Positions 28,794 to 37,464 of a stretch of 44,909 bases of DNA are shown piece by piece (within the stretch, counting starts at the first letter, position 1; every line of letters begins with the position of its first letter). This stretch comes from Deltaproteobacteria bacterium. GTDB lineage: Bacteria; Myxococcota; Myxococcia; Myxococcales; 40CM-4-68-19. The notes beneath the pieces were generated by a model, which was not told where the DNA came from, did no database searches, and worked only from the letters and a program-made list of their open reading frames with translations. Location of the stretch: positions 1 to 44,909 of the forward strand of contig JAYWAO010000012.1 of assembly GCA_043782365.1 (NCBI GenBank). The letters are read 5' to 3'. Position numbers and translations under genes: made by a program.

Positions 28794-30083
28794 ATGGACG
28801 CGATCGAAATCGACGGCGGAATCCCCCTGCAGGGCGAGGTCACCGTCTCCGGGTCGAAGAACGCCACCCTCCCGATGCTCTGCGCGGCGCTGCTCGCCAA
28901 AGGTCCGTCGCGCTTCCTCGGCGTGCCCGACCTCGCTGACCTGCGCACGCTCGGCAAGCTGCTCACGCACATGGGCTGCGTGGTGACGCGCGCGGAGGCG
29001 CCGCAAGAGAAGGGCGCGCTCTCGGGTCATACACTTACCGTGGACGCCGCCGAGATCCCCACGCCCGAGGCCCCCTACGAGCTGGTGAAGACCATGCGCG
29101 CCTCCGTGCTGGTGCTCGGCCCGCTGCTGGCGCGGTTTGGCCGGGCGAGGGTCTCGCTGCCGGGCGGGTGCGCCATCGGAGCGCGGCCGATCGACCAGCA
29201 CCTCAAAGGCCTCGCTGCGCTCGGGGCGAAGATCGAGCTCGCCCACGGCTACGTCGAGGCGACGGCCAACAGGCTCAAGGGAGCGACCTTCCTCTTCGAC
29301 CTGCCCACCGTGACGGGCACCGAGAACTTGATGATGGCCGCCGCGCTCGCCGAGGGCCGCACCGTGCTGGAGAACTGCGCGCGCGAGCCCGAGATCGAGG
29401 CGCTCGGGCAGATGCTGCGGGCGATGGGCGCGAAGGTCGAGGGCGCGGGCACCTCGGTGATCACCATCGACGGCGTCACCTCGCTGGTGGCGGTGGACCA
29501 GGTGGTGGTGCCCGACCGCATCGAGGCCGGCACGCTGATGGCGGCGGCGGTGATCACCGGCGGCGACGTGCTGATCCACCGCGCGCCCGCGGCCCACCTC
29601 GAGGCGGCGACGGCCAAGCTGCGCGAGTCCGGCGCCCGCATCGTCGTCGAGGGCGACGGCCTGCGGGTGACCGCGCCGCTGCGGCCCGAGAGCGTGGACG
29701 TGATCACCGCGCCGCACCCGGGCTTCCCCACCGATCTGCAGGCGCAGCTGATGGCGTGCATGTCGGTCGCCAAGGGCGCGAGCCGGGTGGTGGAGACGGT
29801 CTTCGAGAACCGCTTCATGCACGTGCAGGAGCTGCAGCGGCTCGGCGCGGACATCTCCGTGGAAGGCCACACCGCGGTGATCCGCGGTGTGCCCGTGCTG
29901 CAGGGCGCGCCCGTGATGGCCACCGACCTGCGCGCGAGCGCCAGCCTGGTGTTGGCGGGGCTGCGGGCCGAGGGCAAGACCACGGTGGGCCGCGTCTACC
30001 ACCTCGACCGCGGCTACGACGGGCTGGAGGGCAAGCTCGCCTCGCTCGGGGCGCGGATCCGGCGGGTGAAGGGGAGCGCGTAG
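28794..30083 (+). CDS. murA: UDP-N-acetylglucosamine 1-carboxyvinyltransferase
   Basis: [18 protein letters not shown], active-site loop [16 protein letters not shown], and C-terminal [13 protein letters not shown]. Confidence 0.92.
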   Translation: MDAIEIDGGIPLQGEVTVSGSKNATLPMLCAALLAKGPSRFLGVPDLADLRTLGKLLTHMGCVVTRAEAPQEKGALSGHTLTVDAAEIPTPEAPYELVKTMRASVLVLGPLLARFGRARVSLPGGCAIGARPIDQHLKGLAALGAKIELAHGYVEATANRLKGATFLFDLPTVTGTENLMMAAALAEGRTVLENCAREPEIEALGQMLRAMGAKVEGAGTSVITIDGVTSLVAVDQVVVPDRIEAGTLMAAAVITGGDVLIHRAPAAHLEAATAKLRESGARIVVEGDGLRVTAPLRPESVDVITAPHPGFPTDLQAQLMACMSVAKGASRVVETVFENRFMHVQELQRLGADISVEGHTAVIRGVPVLQGAPVMATDLRASASLVLAGLRAEGKTTVGRVYHLDRGYDGLEGKLASLGARIRRVKGSA

Positions 30084-30323
30084 GCGGGGATCACCCGATC
30101 CTGGAGGCGCCTGGGCCTCCCGGGCGGGCCGCGACCGGCTCCGCGCCCTTCCCGGCGGGGACTCCGGAGGTGTTTCCACGTCCCGTCGGGCCTTCGGCAG
30201 CGCGGAGCCAAGCCGATCAATCGTCACCCTCCGCACGACGGCGCATTGCCCTGCGCAGCCGCGGTAGGCTAGGCTCCTGTCCAAACCGTCGGCAGCGTCC
30301 GACATAGAGGAGCCAAAACCAGC

Positions 30324-30728
30324 ATGGATTGCCCGCGCGACAACGTCGAGATGGCCGAGCTCACCGAGGGAGAGGACAAGCTCCTCTTCCGCTGCGGAGA
30401 GTGCGGCGGCCTGTGGCTCGACGTTGCGGACCTGAACCGGATTCTGCTCCACGCCGGCCTGCCGACGTTGGAGGCGATGGGTGGCCGTGCCAACCCTGAC
30501 GAGGAGGCGGGCGAGTGCCCGTCCTGCAACGTCGGGCTGCTCGCCGTCGAGAGCGACCACAAGCGCAACCCTTTCATCTACGAGACCTGCGAGAGCTGCG
30601 GCGGGATCTGGCTGGAGGGGGCCGACTTCCCTGGAGAGGGCGAAAGCGCCAAGGAGCTGCGCGAGGGGATCGTCGACTTCTACCGCGACTACTCCGCCAA
30701 GCCGCAGCCCAAGTCGCTGCACAAGTAG
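30324..30728 (+). CDS. Zinc-ribbon protein with two TFIIB-type zf domains
   Basis: Two copies of CPxC/CxxC..C..CGG(L/I)WL(D/E) (CPRDN..FRCGECGGLWLDVADL and CPSCN..YETCESCGGIWLEGADF). Confidence 0.75.
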   Translation: MDCPRDNVEMAELTEGEDKLLFRCGECGGLWLDVADLNRILLHAGLPTLEAMGGRANPDEEAGECPSCNVGLLAVESDHKRNPFIYETCESCGGIWLEGADFPGEGESAKELREGIVDFYRDYSAKPQPKSLHK

Positions 30729-30747
30729 GCCGATCGCGGCCCCGGCC

Positions 30748-30793
30748 TGCCGCCGGAGTGCCGCCGGAGTGCCGCCGGAGTGCCGCCGGAGTG
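30748..30793. repeat. Tandem direct repeat, 4.2 copies of the 11-bp unit TGCCGCCGGAG
   Basis: Exact copies at 30748-58, 30759-69, 30770-80 and 30781-91, then TG. Intergenic, 20 nt after the zinc-ribbon stop and about 110 nt upstream of ATG 30903. A related GGAGTGACAC lies at 30854-30863. Confidence 0.9.
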
Positions 30794-30902
30794 AAACTGG
30801 GGCCGCGCCCGCGGCACGCTGTTGTGACCCATGCCGCGGACCGCAGGTCTGGCGGAGTGACACAGCCGCGTCCGCACCGGGCGCCGCAGCGAGAGCGCAC
30901 GA

Positions 30903-33077
30903 ATGATCCCGAGCCGCACTTCGTCCCGAAAGCCCCGCCCAGCGCGGCGGTCTGGCGACTCCGTCTCCGTTCACCACTGCGTCCGGCTGGCCGCGTGCGC
31001 GCTGCTGGTGGGCGCGCTCGCCTGCAAGCCGTCCGCGGCGCCGCCCGAGACGCCGCCGACGCCATCGGGTCCTGCACGGCCCACGCAGGTGCTGGAGCAC
31101 GAGCCCAACGACGCGCAGCACGCGCAGGGCGTGCCTGAGCGCAGCGTGGTGCTCGGCTCGCTCGCGCCCCCGGCCAGGGGCAAGCCCGACGACGACTGGT
31201 ACCGCGTCACCCCGGGCCCCGGCCTGCTCCTGGCGCTGCGGATCGAGCTGGCGCAGTCGGAGCCCGCGCCGGGCATCGCGCCCAACGCCGGTGCGCCCGC
31301 GCCGCTCCCGCGCGAGCCGCTCAACGCCGCGCTGGAAGTGTATGACCGCGACCGCAACCCGCTGCTCAAGGCCCGCGCCACCGCGGCAGAGCCGGCGCTG
31401 CTGGCGGCGGTGGCCTGCTTCGAGGCCTGCTTCCTGCGCGTCTCGGGCACCACGCCGGCCGACTACCGGTTGACCATCCTCGGGGCGCCGCCCGCAGCGG
31501 GGCAGGAGCTGGAGCCCAACGACCGCGCGGTCGACGCGACGCCGCTCGCTGCGGGCGCGGCCATCACGGGCAGCTACGGCTACGAGGGCGACGAAGACTG
31601 GTTCAAGCTCTCGGGCGCGCCCAAGCCGGGGCAGTTCTTGCGGGTGGAGCTCTCGGGGGTCGACGGCGTGCGGCCCGAGCTGGAGGTGCGCGCCGTGAGC
31701 GATGGCGCGCTGCTGGCCACCTTCCGGGCGCCGGCGGCGGGGGATGCGCTGTTCATCCGCGATCTCGCGCTGGGGCAGGGCGAGCCGCCACCTGCAGCGC
31801 CCGCTCCCGCAGCCGCACCCGCTCCCGCAGCCGCTCCCGCTCCCGCTCCCGCAGCCGCAGCCGCACCTGCTGCGGTTGCCGTGGCCTCCGCCACTTCGAC
31901 GCCCTCCACAGGGCCCGCACGGGCTGCCCCCGAGGCCGCTCCGGTCGCCGGCAGCGCGACCTCGACTCCCGCAGCGCCAGCGCCGCCCGCCGCTCTCGCG
32001 GAGTCCGCCTCCAGCACTCCCTCCGCGGCGGTTGCAGGCAACGCCTCCGCCGCTGCGGCGCCTGCGCCCCCCTCGCCGACCCCTCCTCCTCCGGCGCCCG
32101 CTGCGCAGCCCACGCAAGCGGCGCCCTCGGGCGCCACGCCGCTCTACTACTTCGTCGTCCGCTCCGGCCTGCTCCCGGCGGGCAAGGGCGAGAAGGCCCA
32201 CCGCGCGGTCAAGCCGCAGATCCCGTACACGCTGCAGGCCTCGCTAGAGAGCGGCCCCGCCGGGCTGGAGCTCGAGCCCAACGACGAGCCCGCGCGCGCC
32301 ACGCCGCTCACCGACAAGCGCACCGGATACCTCTCGGGGCCTGGTGATATCGACTGGTATCGGGTCCACGCCGACGCGCCGGCCCTCCTCCGCGTCGAGG
32401 TGACCGCGCTCGAGCGGGCCGACCTCGAGCTCTCGGTGTGGCTCCCTGGCGCGACCCCGGCCGACAAGCCCAAGCTGCTCGCCCGCGCCAACGAGGGCGG
32501 CGTGCGCGAGGGCGAGGCGCTGCCTTCGGTGGGCGTGCCCGCGGGCGACGTGCTGATCAAGCTCGAGAGCGCCGCGCGCGACCTCGGCGGCACCTGGACC
32601 CGCGACGGCGAAGACCGCACGACGGCCTACACGCTCAGCGCCAGCCTCGCGCCCGACGACGGCAGCCACGACAAGGAGCCCAACGACGACCTCGAGCACG
32701 CGCAGCCCGTCACGCTCCCGCTCAAGCTGGCCGGCACCATCTGGCCGCGCAAGGACGTGGACACCTTCCGCTTCCACATCGAGGCCGGCGCGCCCCCGGT
32801 GAACATCCGCGTCAGCGCGCTGCGCGGGGTGGACCTGCAGCTCACGCTGCAGCAGCTGAAAGCGGGGAAGGGCGGCCGCACCGTGGCCGAGGTGATCGGC
32901 ACCGCCGATGCGGTCCACGGCGAGGGCGAGGAGAGCATCCTCCAGGTGCCGCTCAAGGCGGGCGACTACGCCGTCAGCGTGTCGAGCCCGCGCGGCCGCG
33001 ACGCCAGCGCCACGCAGGTCTACACGCTCACGGTGGCGGCGCCAGCTCCCGCGCCGGACCCTGTGCTTCCTCCTTGA
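30903..33077 (+). CDS. Secreted protein or possible lipoprotein with four PPC (pre-peptidase C-terminal)-like domains and a long Pro/Ala linker
   Basis: Signal peptide with Cys (CALLVGALAC). Four E-x-EPND..DWY/DWF..Y.L modules (EHEPNDAQHAQ, ELEPNDRAVDATPL, ELEPNDEPARATPL, DKEPNDDLEHAQPV). PA-rich linker at about nt 31790-32130. Confidence 0.8.
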   Translation: MIPSRTSSRKPRPARRSGDSVSVHHCVRLAACALLVGALACKPSAAPPETPPTPSGPARPTQVLEHEPNDAQHAQGVPERSVVLGSLAPPARGKPDDDWYRVTPGPGLLLALRIELAQSEPAPGIAPNAGAPAPLPREPLNAALEVYDRDRNPLLKARATAAEPALLAAVACFEACFLRVSGTTPADYRLTILGAPPAAGQELEPNDRAVDATPLAAGAAITGSYGYEGDEDWFKLSGAPKPGQFLRVELSGVDGVRPELEVRAVSDGALLATFRAPAAGDALFIRDLALGQGEPPPAAPAPAAAPAPAAAPAPAPAAAAAPAAVAVASATSTPSTGPARAAPEAAPVAGSATSTPAAPAPPAALAESASSTPSAAVAGNASAAAAPAPPSPTPPPPAPAAQPTQAAPSGATPLYYFVVRSGLLPAGKGEKAHRAVKPQIPYTLQASLESGPAGLELEPNDEPARATPLTDKRTGYLSGPGDIDWYRVHADAPALLRVEVTALERADLELSVWLPGATPADKPKLLARANEGGVREGEALPSVGVPAGDVLIKLESAARDLGGTWTRDGEDRTTAYTLSASLAPDDGSHDKEPNDDLEHAQPVTLPLKLAGTIWPRKDVDTFRFHIEAGAPPVNIRVSALRGVDLQLTLQQLKAGKGGRTVAEVIGTADAVHGEGEESILQVPLKAGDYAVSVSSPRGRDASATQVYTLTVAAPAPAPDPVLPP

Positions 33078-33114
33078 CTCGGGCGCGGCAGCGCGACTAG
33101 ATCGCGAACTCCGG

Positions 33115-33190
33115 GCGGGAATAGCTCAGTTGGTAGAGCATCAGCTTCCCAAGCTGAGGGTCGCCGGTTCGAATCCGGTTTCCCGCTCCA
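33115..33190 (+). tRNA. tRNA-Gly (anticodon CCC), CCA encoded
   Basis: Manual cloverleaf fold. Acceptor GCGGGAA/TTCCCGC. D arm GCTC-AGTTGGTA-GAGC. Anticodon stem TCAGC/GCTGA with loop TTCCCAA. T arm GCCGG-TTCGAAT-CCGGT. Discriminator T plus CCA. 76 nt. Confidence 0.93.
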
Positions 33191-33607
33191 CTCCAAACAC
33201 TTCAGGTCGCGCAGCTTCGAAGAGGCCCTCGCGGGCCCTCGCTGCGCGCTCGCCAGGACCGGGTAGGGACAGGGGCTCGGCCAGGGCAGGACTCAGGCCC
33301 GGTGGCCCGACCCACACACCGCTCGGCGAAGGCGCTCAGCGACCCTGAAAGACCGAACTCGGTCCAGCATCAGCCCGCGGGTGGACGCGTGGGTCTCGCT
33401 TTGGGAAGAGCGCGGGCCAGGGAAGAGCGAGGTCTCTCCGAGCGCACTACGAGCGCGCGCCCCTCGCGCTGCCGCACGAGTCGCGGCACTCTGTCGCAGC
33501 GGGTCGATGGGGCGCACCCGTGGTGCAGTCGCGGGCATCTCTCCGCCGCGTTCGCAGCGCCTGCGCCCGGCCACTCCGCCGACGCAGCCCTGCAGTAGGG
33601 AGACCCA

Positions 33608-34990
33608 GTGACCGACCCGCTCTTCTGGCACCGGCTGCAGTTCGGCTTCACCATCGCGTACCACTACCTGTTCCCCCAGCTCACCATGGGGCTCGGGCTC
33701 CTCATCGTGCTCCTCCGCGCCCACTCCCTGCGCACGGGGAGCGAGGCGAGCAGCGATGCAGCCCGCTTCTGGACACGCATCTTCGGGATCAACTTCGCCG
33801 TCGGCGTGGTCACCGGCATCCCGATGGAGTTCCAGTTCGGCACCAACTGGTCGCGCTTCTCGCTCTACGCGGGCGGCGTGATCGGCCAGGCGCTGGCGAT
33901 GGAGGGGATGTTCGCCTTCTTCCTCGAGTCGAGCTTCCTCGGCCTCGTGCTCTATGGCGAGCAGCGGCTCTCGAAGAAGGCCCACTTCGCCGCCACCGTC
34001 GCGCTCTGGCTGGGCTCCTGGCTCTCGGGCTACTTCATCGTCGCCACCAACGCCTTCATGCAGCACCCGGTCGGGCACCTGGTGGTCGAGGGCGCCGCTG
34101 GCTCCAGCAAGCTGCAGATCGGCGACCTCGCCGCCTTCCTCTTCAACCCGTGGGCGCTGGCCGCCTACGCCCACACCATGTCGGGCGCGGTGGTGACGGG
34201 CGCGTTCGTGATGGCCGGCGTCGGCGCCTTCTGGACACTCTCGGGCGCGCACCTGGACCAGGGCCGCCTCGCGCTCCGGCTGGGCGTCTGCGCGGGGCTC
34301 GCCGCTTCTGTATTACAGTTGTTCCCCACCGCCGACTGGCAGGCCAAGCTGGTGGCGAGGCACCAGCCCGCGACGCTCGCCGCCATGGAGGGCGTCTTCA
34401 AGGGCGGTCCCCGGCAGGGGATGACGCTGATCGGCCAGCCCGACGTCGCCGCCGGCCGCCTCGACAACCCGATCGAGGTGCCGCGCATCCTCAGCATGCT
34501 GGCCTACGGGTCGTTCGAGGCGCCCGTGAAGGGACTCGACGACTTCCCCGCCGACCAGAAGCCCGACAACATCGAGCTTTTGTATTACTCTTATCACGTG
34601 ATGGCCGGCCTCGGCACGCTCTTCATCGTCCTGATGGGTCTGTCGGTATTACTCTTGTGGCGCGGCACGCTCTGGGCGACGCGGCCCGTGCTCTGGGCGC
34701 TGCTGCTCGCGACGCCGTTCCCCTACATCGCCAACACCGCGGGCTGGATGACCGCCGAATTGGGCCGGCAGCCGTGGCTCGTCCACGGCCTCTTCCGCAC
34801 CGCGCAGGGCTCGAGCCCCCTGGTGAGCGCGGGCGACACTCTCTTCTCGCTGCTCGGCTTCGCGGGGCTCTACCTCGTCATCGGGATCGCCTTCCTCGGC
34901 ATGGTCGGCCGCGAGATCGTCCACGGGCCGGGCGGCCCCCACGCCGGGTCCCCGCCTGCACCGGGGCAGGCCGCAGAGGGGGCGCGCTGA
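33608..34990 (+). CDS. cydA: Cytochrome bd ubiquinol oxidase subunit I
   Basis: GTG start preceded by GGGAGA. N-terminus LFWHRLQFGFTIAYHYLFPQLTMGL. GIPMEFQFGTNW. C-terminal TAELGRQPWLVHGL. Confidence 0.92.
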   Translation: MTDPLFWHRLQFGFTIAYHYLFPQLTMGLGLLIVLLRAHSLRTGSEASSDAARFWTRIFGINFAVGVVTGIPMEFQFGTNWSRFSLYAGGVIGQALAMEGMFAFFLESSFLGLVLYGEQRLSKKAHFAATVALWLGSWLSGYFIVATNAFMQHPVGHLVVEGAAGSSKLQIGDLAAFLFNPWALAAYAHTMSGAVVTGAFVMAGVGAFWTLSGAHLDQGRLALRLGVCAGLAASVLQLFPTADWQAKLVARHQPATLAAMEGVFKGGPRQGMTLIGQPDVAAGRLDNPIEVPRILSMLAYGSFEAPVKGLDDFPADQKPDNIELLYYSYHVMAGLGTLFIVLMGLSVLLLWRGTLWATRPVLWALLLATPFPYIANTAGWMTAELGRQPWLVHGLFRTAQGSSPLVSAGDTLFSLLGFAGLYLVIGIAFLGMVGREIVHGPGGPHAGSPPAPGQAAEGAR

Positions 34991-36042
34991 TGGAGACCTT
35001 CTGGTTCGGCGCGGTGGCGGCGATGTTCACGGGCTGGATCGTCCTCGACGGCTTCGACCTCGGCGCGGGCGCCGTCCACCTGTGGGTGGCCCGCACCGAC
35101 CGCGAGCGGCGCGAGGTCTTCGCCGCCATCGGCCCCGTCTGGGACGGCAACGAGGTCTGGCTGGTGGCAGGCGGCGGCACGCTCTTCTTCGCCTTCCCGC
35201 AGGCCTACGCGGCGGGCTTCTCGGGCTTCTACCTCCCGCTGATGCTGGTCCTCTGGCTGCTGGCGGGCCGGGCGCTGTCGATCGAGCTTCGCTCGCACCT
35301 CGTGCACCCGCTCTGGCGCGCGCTTTGGGACGCCATCTTCTCGGTCTCCTCGGGGCTGCTGCTGGTCGTGCTCGGCGCCGCGCTCGGGAACGTCCTGCGC
35401 GGCGTTCCGCTCGGGCCCGACGGCTGGTTCCACGTGCCCTTCTTCACCGACTGGCGCACGGGGCCGCACCCTGGGGTGCTCGACTGGTACACGGTGCTGC
35501 TCGGCCTCTTCGCGCTGGCGGCCCTCTCGCTGCACGGCGCGCTCTGGCTTTCGCTCAAGACCACTGGCGCCGTCGAGGAGCGCGCGGCCGTGCTCGCGCG
35601 CGGTGCCTTCGTCGCCGCGCTGGCGCTGGGCGGGCTCTCGGCGCTGGCGACCCACTTCGTCCAACCTGGGCTGCACCTCGCGCTGCTCGGGCGGCCCTGG
35701 TCGTGGCCGCTCATCGCGCTGGCGGTGGGTGGCTTCGTCGCCCTGGCCTCGGCGCTGCTGCGGCCCGGCGCGCTCTCGCAGAGCGCCGCGCTGCAGCGGC
35801 GCGCCTTCCTCGGCTCGGCGGCCTTCCTCTCGGGCACGCTCGGCGCCACCGCGGCAGGCGCGTTTCCGGTGCTGCTCCGCTCGTCGCTGGGCGGGGCCTA
35901 CCACCTCACCGCCAGCGTCGCCGCCTCCAGCCCGCAAGGCCTGCGCCTCGGCGTCTACTGGTGGGCCGCGGCGTTCCCGCTGGCGATGGCCTGGACGGTG
36001 GTGGCCTACCGGGCGACCCGCGGCAAGGTCGCCGTTCAGTAA
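34990..36042 (+). CDS. cydB: Cytochrome bd ubiquinol oxidase subunit II
   Basis: The ATG overlaps the cydA TGA by 1 nt (TGATG). N-terminus METFWFGAVAAMFTGWIVLDGFDLGAGAV..IGPVWDGNEVWL. Confidence 0.9.
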   Translation: METFWFGAVAAMFTGWIVLDGFDLGAGAVHLWVARTDRERREVFAAIGPVWDGNEVWLVAGGGTLFFAFPQAYAAGFSGFYLPLMLVLWLLAGRALSIELRSHLVHPLWRALWDAIFSVSSGLLLVVLGAALGNVLRGVPLGPDGWFHVPFFTDWRTGPHPGVLDWYTVLLGLFALAALSLHGALWLSLKTTGAVEERAAVLARGAFVAALALGGLSALATHFVQPGLHLALLGRPWSWPLIALAVGGFVALASALLRPGALSQSAALQRRAFLGSAAFLSGTLGATAAGAFPVLLRSSLGGAYHLTASVAASSPQGLRLGVYWWAAAFPLAMAWTVVAYRATRGKVAVQ

Positions 36043-36070
36043 CCGATTCGGTAGGAAAGCGACCGCGACG

Positions 36071-36367
36071 CTAGCCGACGCGCTCCAGCCTGATCGCCTT
36101 CTCGGGGCACGCCGAGACGCAGAGGCCGCAGGCGCGGCAGTCGGGCGCCTTGGGTGTGTAGGCGGTGACCTTGCCGTGCACGCGCGACTTCAGCTTGCCG
36201 AGGAAGGAGAGCGCGGCGAAGTCGCCGTCGTCGATGGTGCGCACCTCGAAGACGTCGTAGGGGCAGGCCGCCACGCAGTCGCGCTTGCCCTCGCACTTGT
36301 TGCGGTCGACGACGGGCCGGTAGACGCCCGGCGCCTGCTTGCACCCTGCGGTGGACTTCTCGGTCAT
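36071..36367 (-). CDS. 4Fe-4S ferredoxin-family protein
   Basis: 98 aa. Cys clusters CEGKRDCVAACP and CRACGLCVSACP. Confidence 0.8.
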   Translation of the reverse strand: MTEKSTAGCKQAPGVYRPVVDRNKCEGKRDCVAACPYDVFEVRTIDDGDFAALSFLGKLKSRVHGKVTAYTPKAPDCRACGLCVSACPEKAIRLERVG

Positions 36368-36490
36368 GGCACCTCTCTACCCCGGGTCGCGCGCGGTTCC
36401 CAAGCCAGGTCGCTCGCGCGCCCCAGACTGCAGCCGGCCCGCGCGTTCACGACCGCCTCCCGGGCGCCTTCTGCTACCCTCCGCCACCCG

Positions 36491-37375
36491 ATGCGCGCCC
36501 GACCCCTCGCCTGCCTCCTCTCGCTGCAGCTGCTCACCGCCGCCGCGCTCGCTGCGCCAGCCGGGAAGCCGCAGCGGCCACAGCGCGTGGTCAGCCAGTC
36601 GGTGGGCACCGACGAGCTCTTGCTGGCCGTCGCCGACCCCGGGCAGATCGGCGGGCTCAGCCACCTGAGCCAGGACGCGACGTTCTCCCTCGACCCCAAG
36701 CTGGCGAGCGCCTTCCCCAAGCTCAAGTCGAGCGACGCCGAGAGCGTGCTCGCGCTCCACCCCGATCTGGTGCTCGCGGCCAGCTACACGCAGCCCGAGA
36801 CGTTGGCGCTCTTGCGCCGGGCCGGTGTGCCGCTGATCATCGCCGAGAAGTTCGACACGCTCCCCGAGGTCTACGAGAACCTCCGCGCCGTCGGGAGGGC
36901 GGTGGGCCACCAGGAGCGGGCCGAGCAGGTCATCGCCGACGCGCAGCAGCGGGTGGCCGCGCTCGCCAAGACCCTCGCCGGCGTCAAGCCCGTGCGCGTG
37001 CTCTCCGCCAGCACCTACCCGTTCACCGCGGGGGCCGAGACCACCTTCCAAGATCTCTGCGACCACGCGGGCGCGATCAACGTCGCCGCCGAGGCAGGCC
37101 TGCGGGGCCACGTGCCCACCCCCGAGGAGCGGGTGAGCACCTGGACCCCCGAGGTGCTGATCGCCTCGGGCGAGGAGGGCAAGGACCCCGCAGAGGTGGC
37201 CGCGCGGCTCGCGCAGCTGCCGGCCTACCGCGCGCTGCCGGCCCTCGCGCAGGGCCGCCTGCTGCTGGTGCCCGGGCCGCTGATGGCCTCGGTGACGCAC
37301 CACCGGATCGCCGCCTTCGAGTGGCTCGCCCGGCGCCTGCATCCGGAGCGGTTCCCGCCGTCCAAGACCCGCTGA
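36491..37375 (+). CDS. Periplasmic substrate-binding protein, iron-siderophore/cobalamin type (Peripla_BP_2)
   Basis: ATG 36491 with signal peptide MRARPLACLLSLQLLTAAALAAPA. RVVSQSVGTDELLLAV..HPDLVLAASY..AGVPLI pattern. No permease or ATPase gene is adjacent. Confidence 0.75.
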   Translation: MRARPLACLLSLQLLTAAALAAPAGKPQRPQRVVSQSVGTDELLLAVADPGQIGGLSHLSQDATFSLDPKLASAFPKLKSSDAESVLALHPDLVLAASYTQPETLALLRRAGVPLIIAEKFDTLPEVYENLRAVGRAVGHQERAEQVIADAQQRVAALAKTLAGVKPVRVLSASTYPFTAGAETTFQDLCDHAGAINVAAEAGLRGHVPTPEERVSTWTPEVLIASGEEGKDPAEVAARLAQLPAYRALPALAQGRLLLVPGPLMASVTHHRIAAFEWLARRLHPERFPPSKTR

Positions 37376-37464
37376 ATGCGCAGCGCCCCCGCGACGTCCA
37401 GATTGACGCTAGCCTGCGCAGTCACGCACTACTGACCCGCACCTTCGAGAAGGCCCCACTGCCC

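Noticed and set aside
30748-30793. Could the tandem TGCCGCCGGAG repeats be a CRISPR array or a coding repeat?
   Set aside because: The units are contiguous with no spacers, only 11 bp long, with no cas genes nearby. An 11-nt period breaks any reading frame. The region is intergenic.
33115-33607. tRNA-Gly as an integration site for a genomic island.
   Set aside because: No integrase, no direct repeat of the tRNA 3' end, and no compositional shift. The flanking genes are the core cyd operon and a secreted protein with native GC content.
36368-36490. Cobalamin or other riboswitch upstream of the B12/siderophore-type binding protein and TonB-dependent receptor.
   Set aside because: The leader is only about 120 nt. 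I see no B12-box-like element or the conserved cobalamin-riboswitch core. Only a covariance-model scan could fully exclude it.
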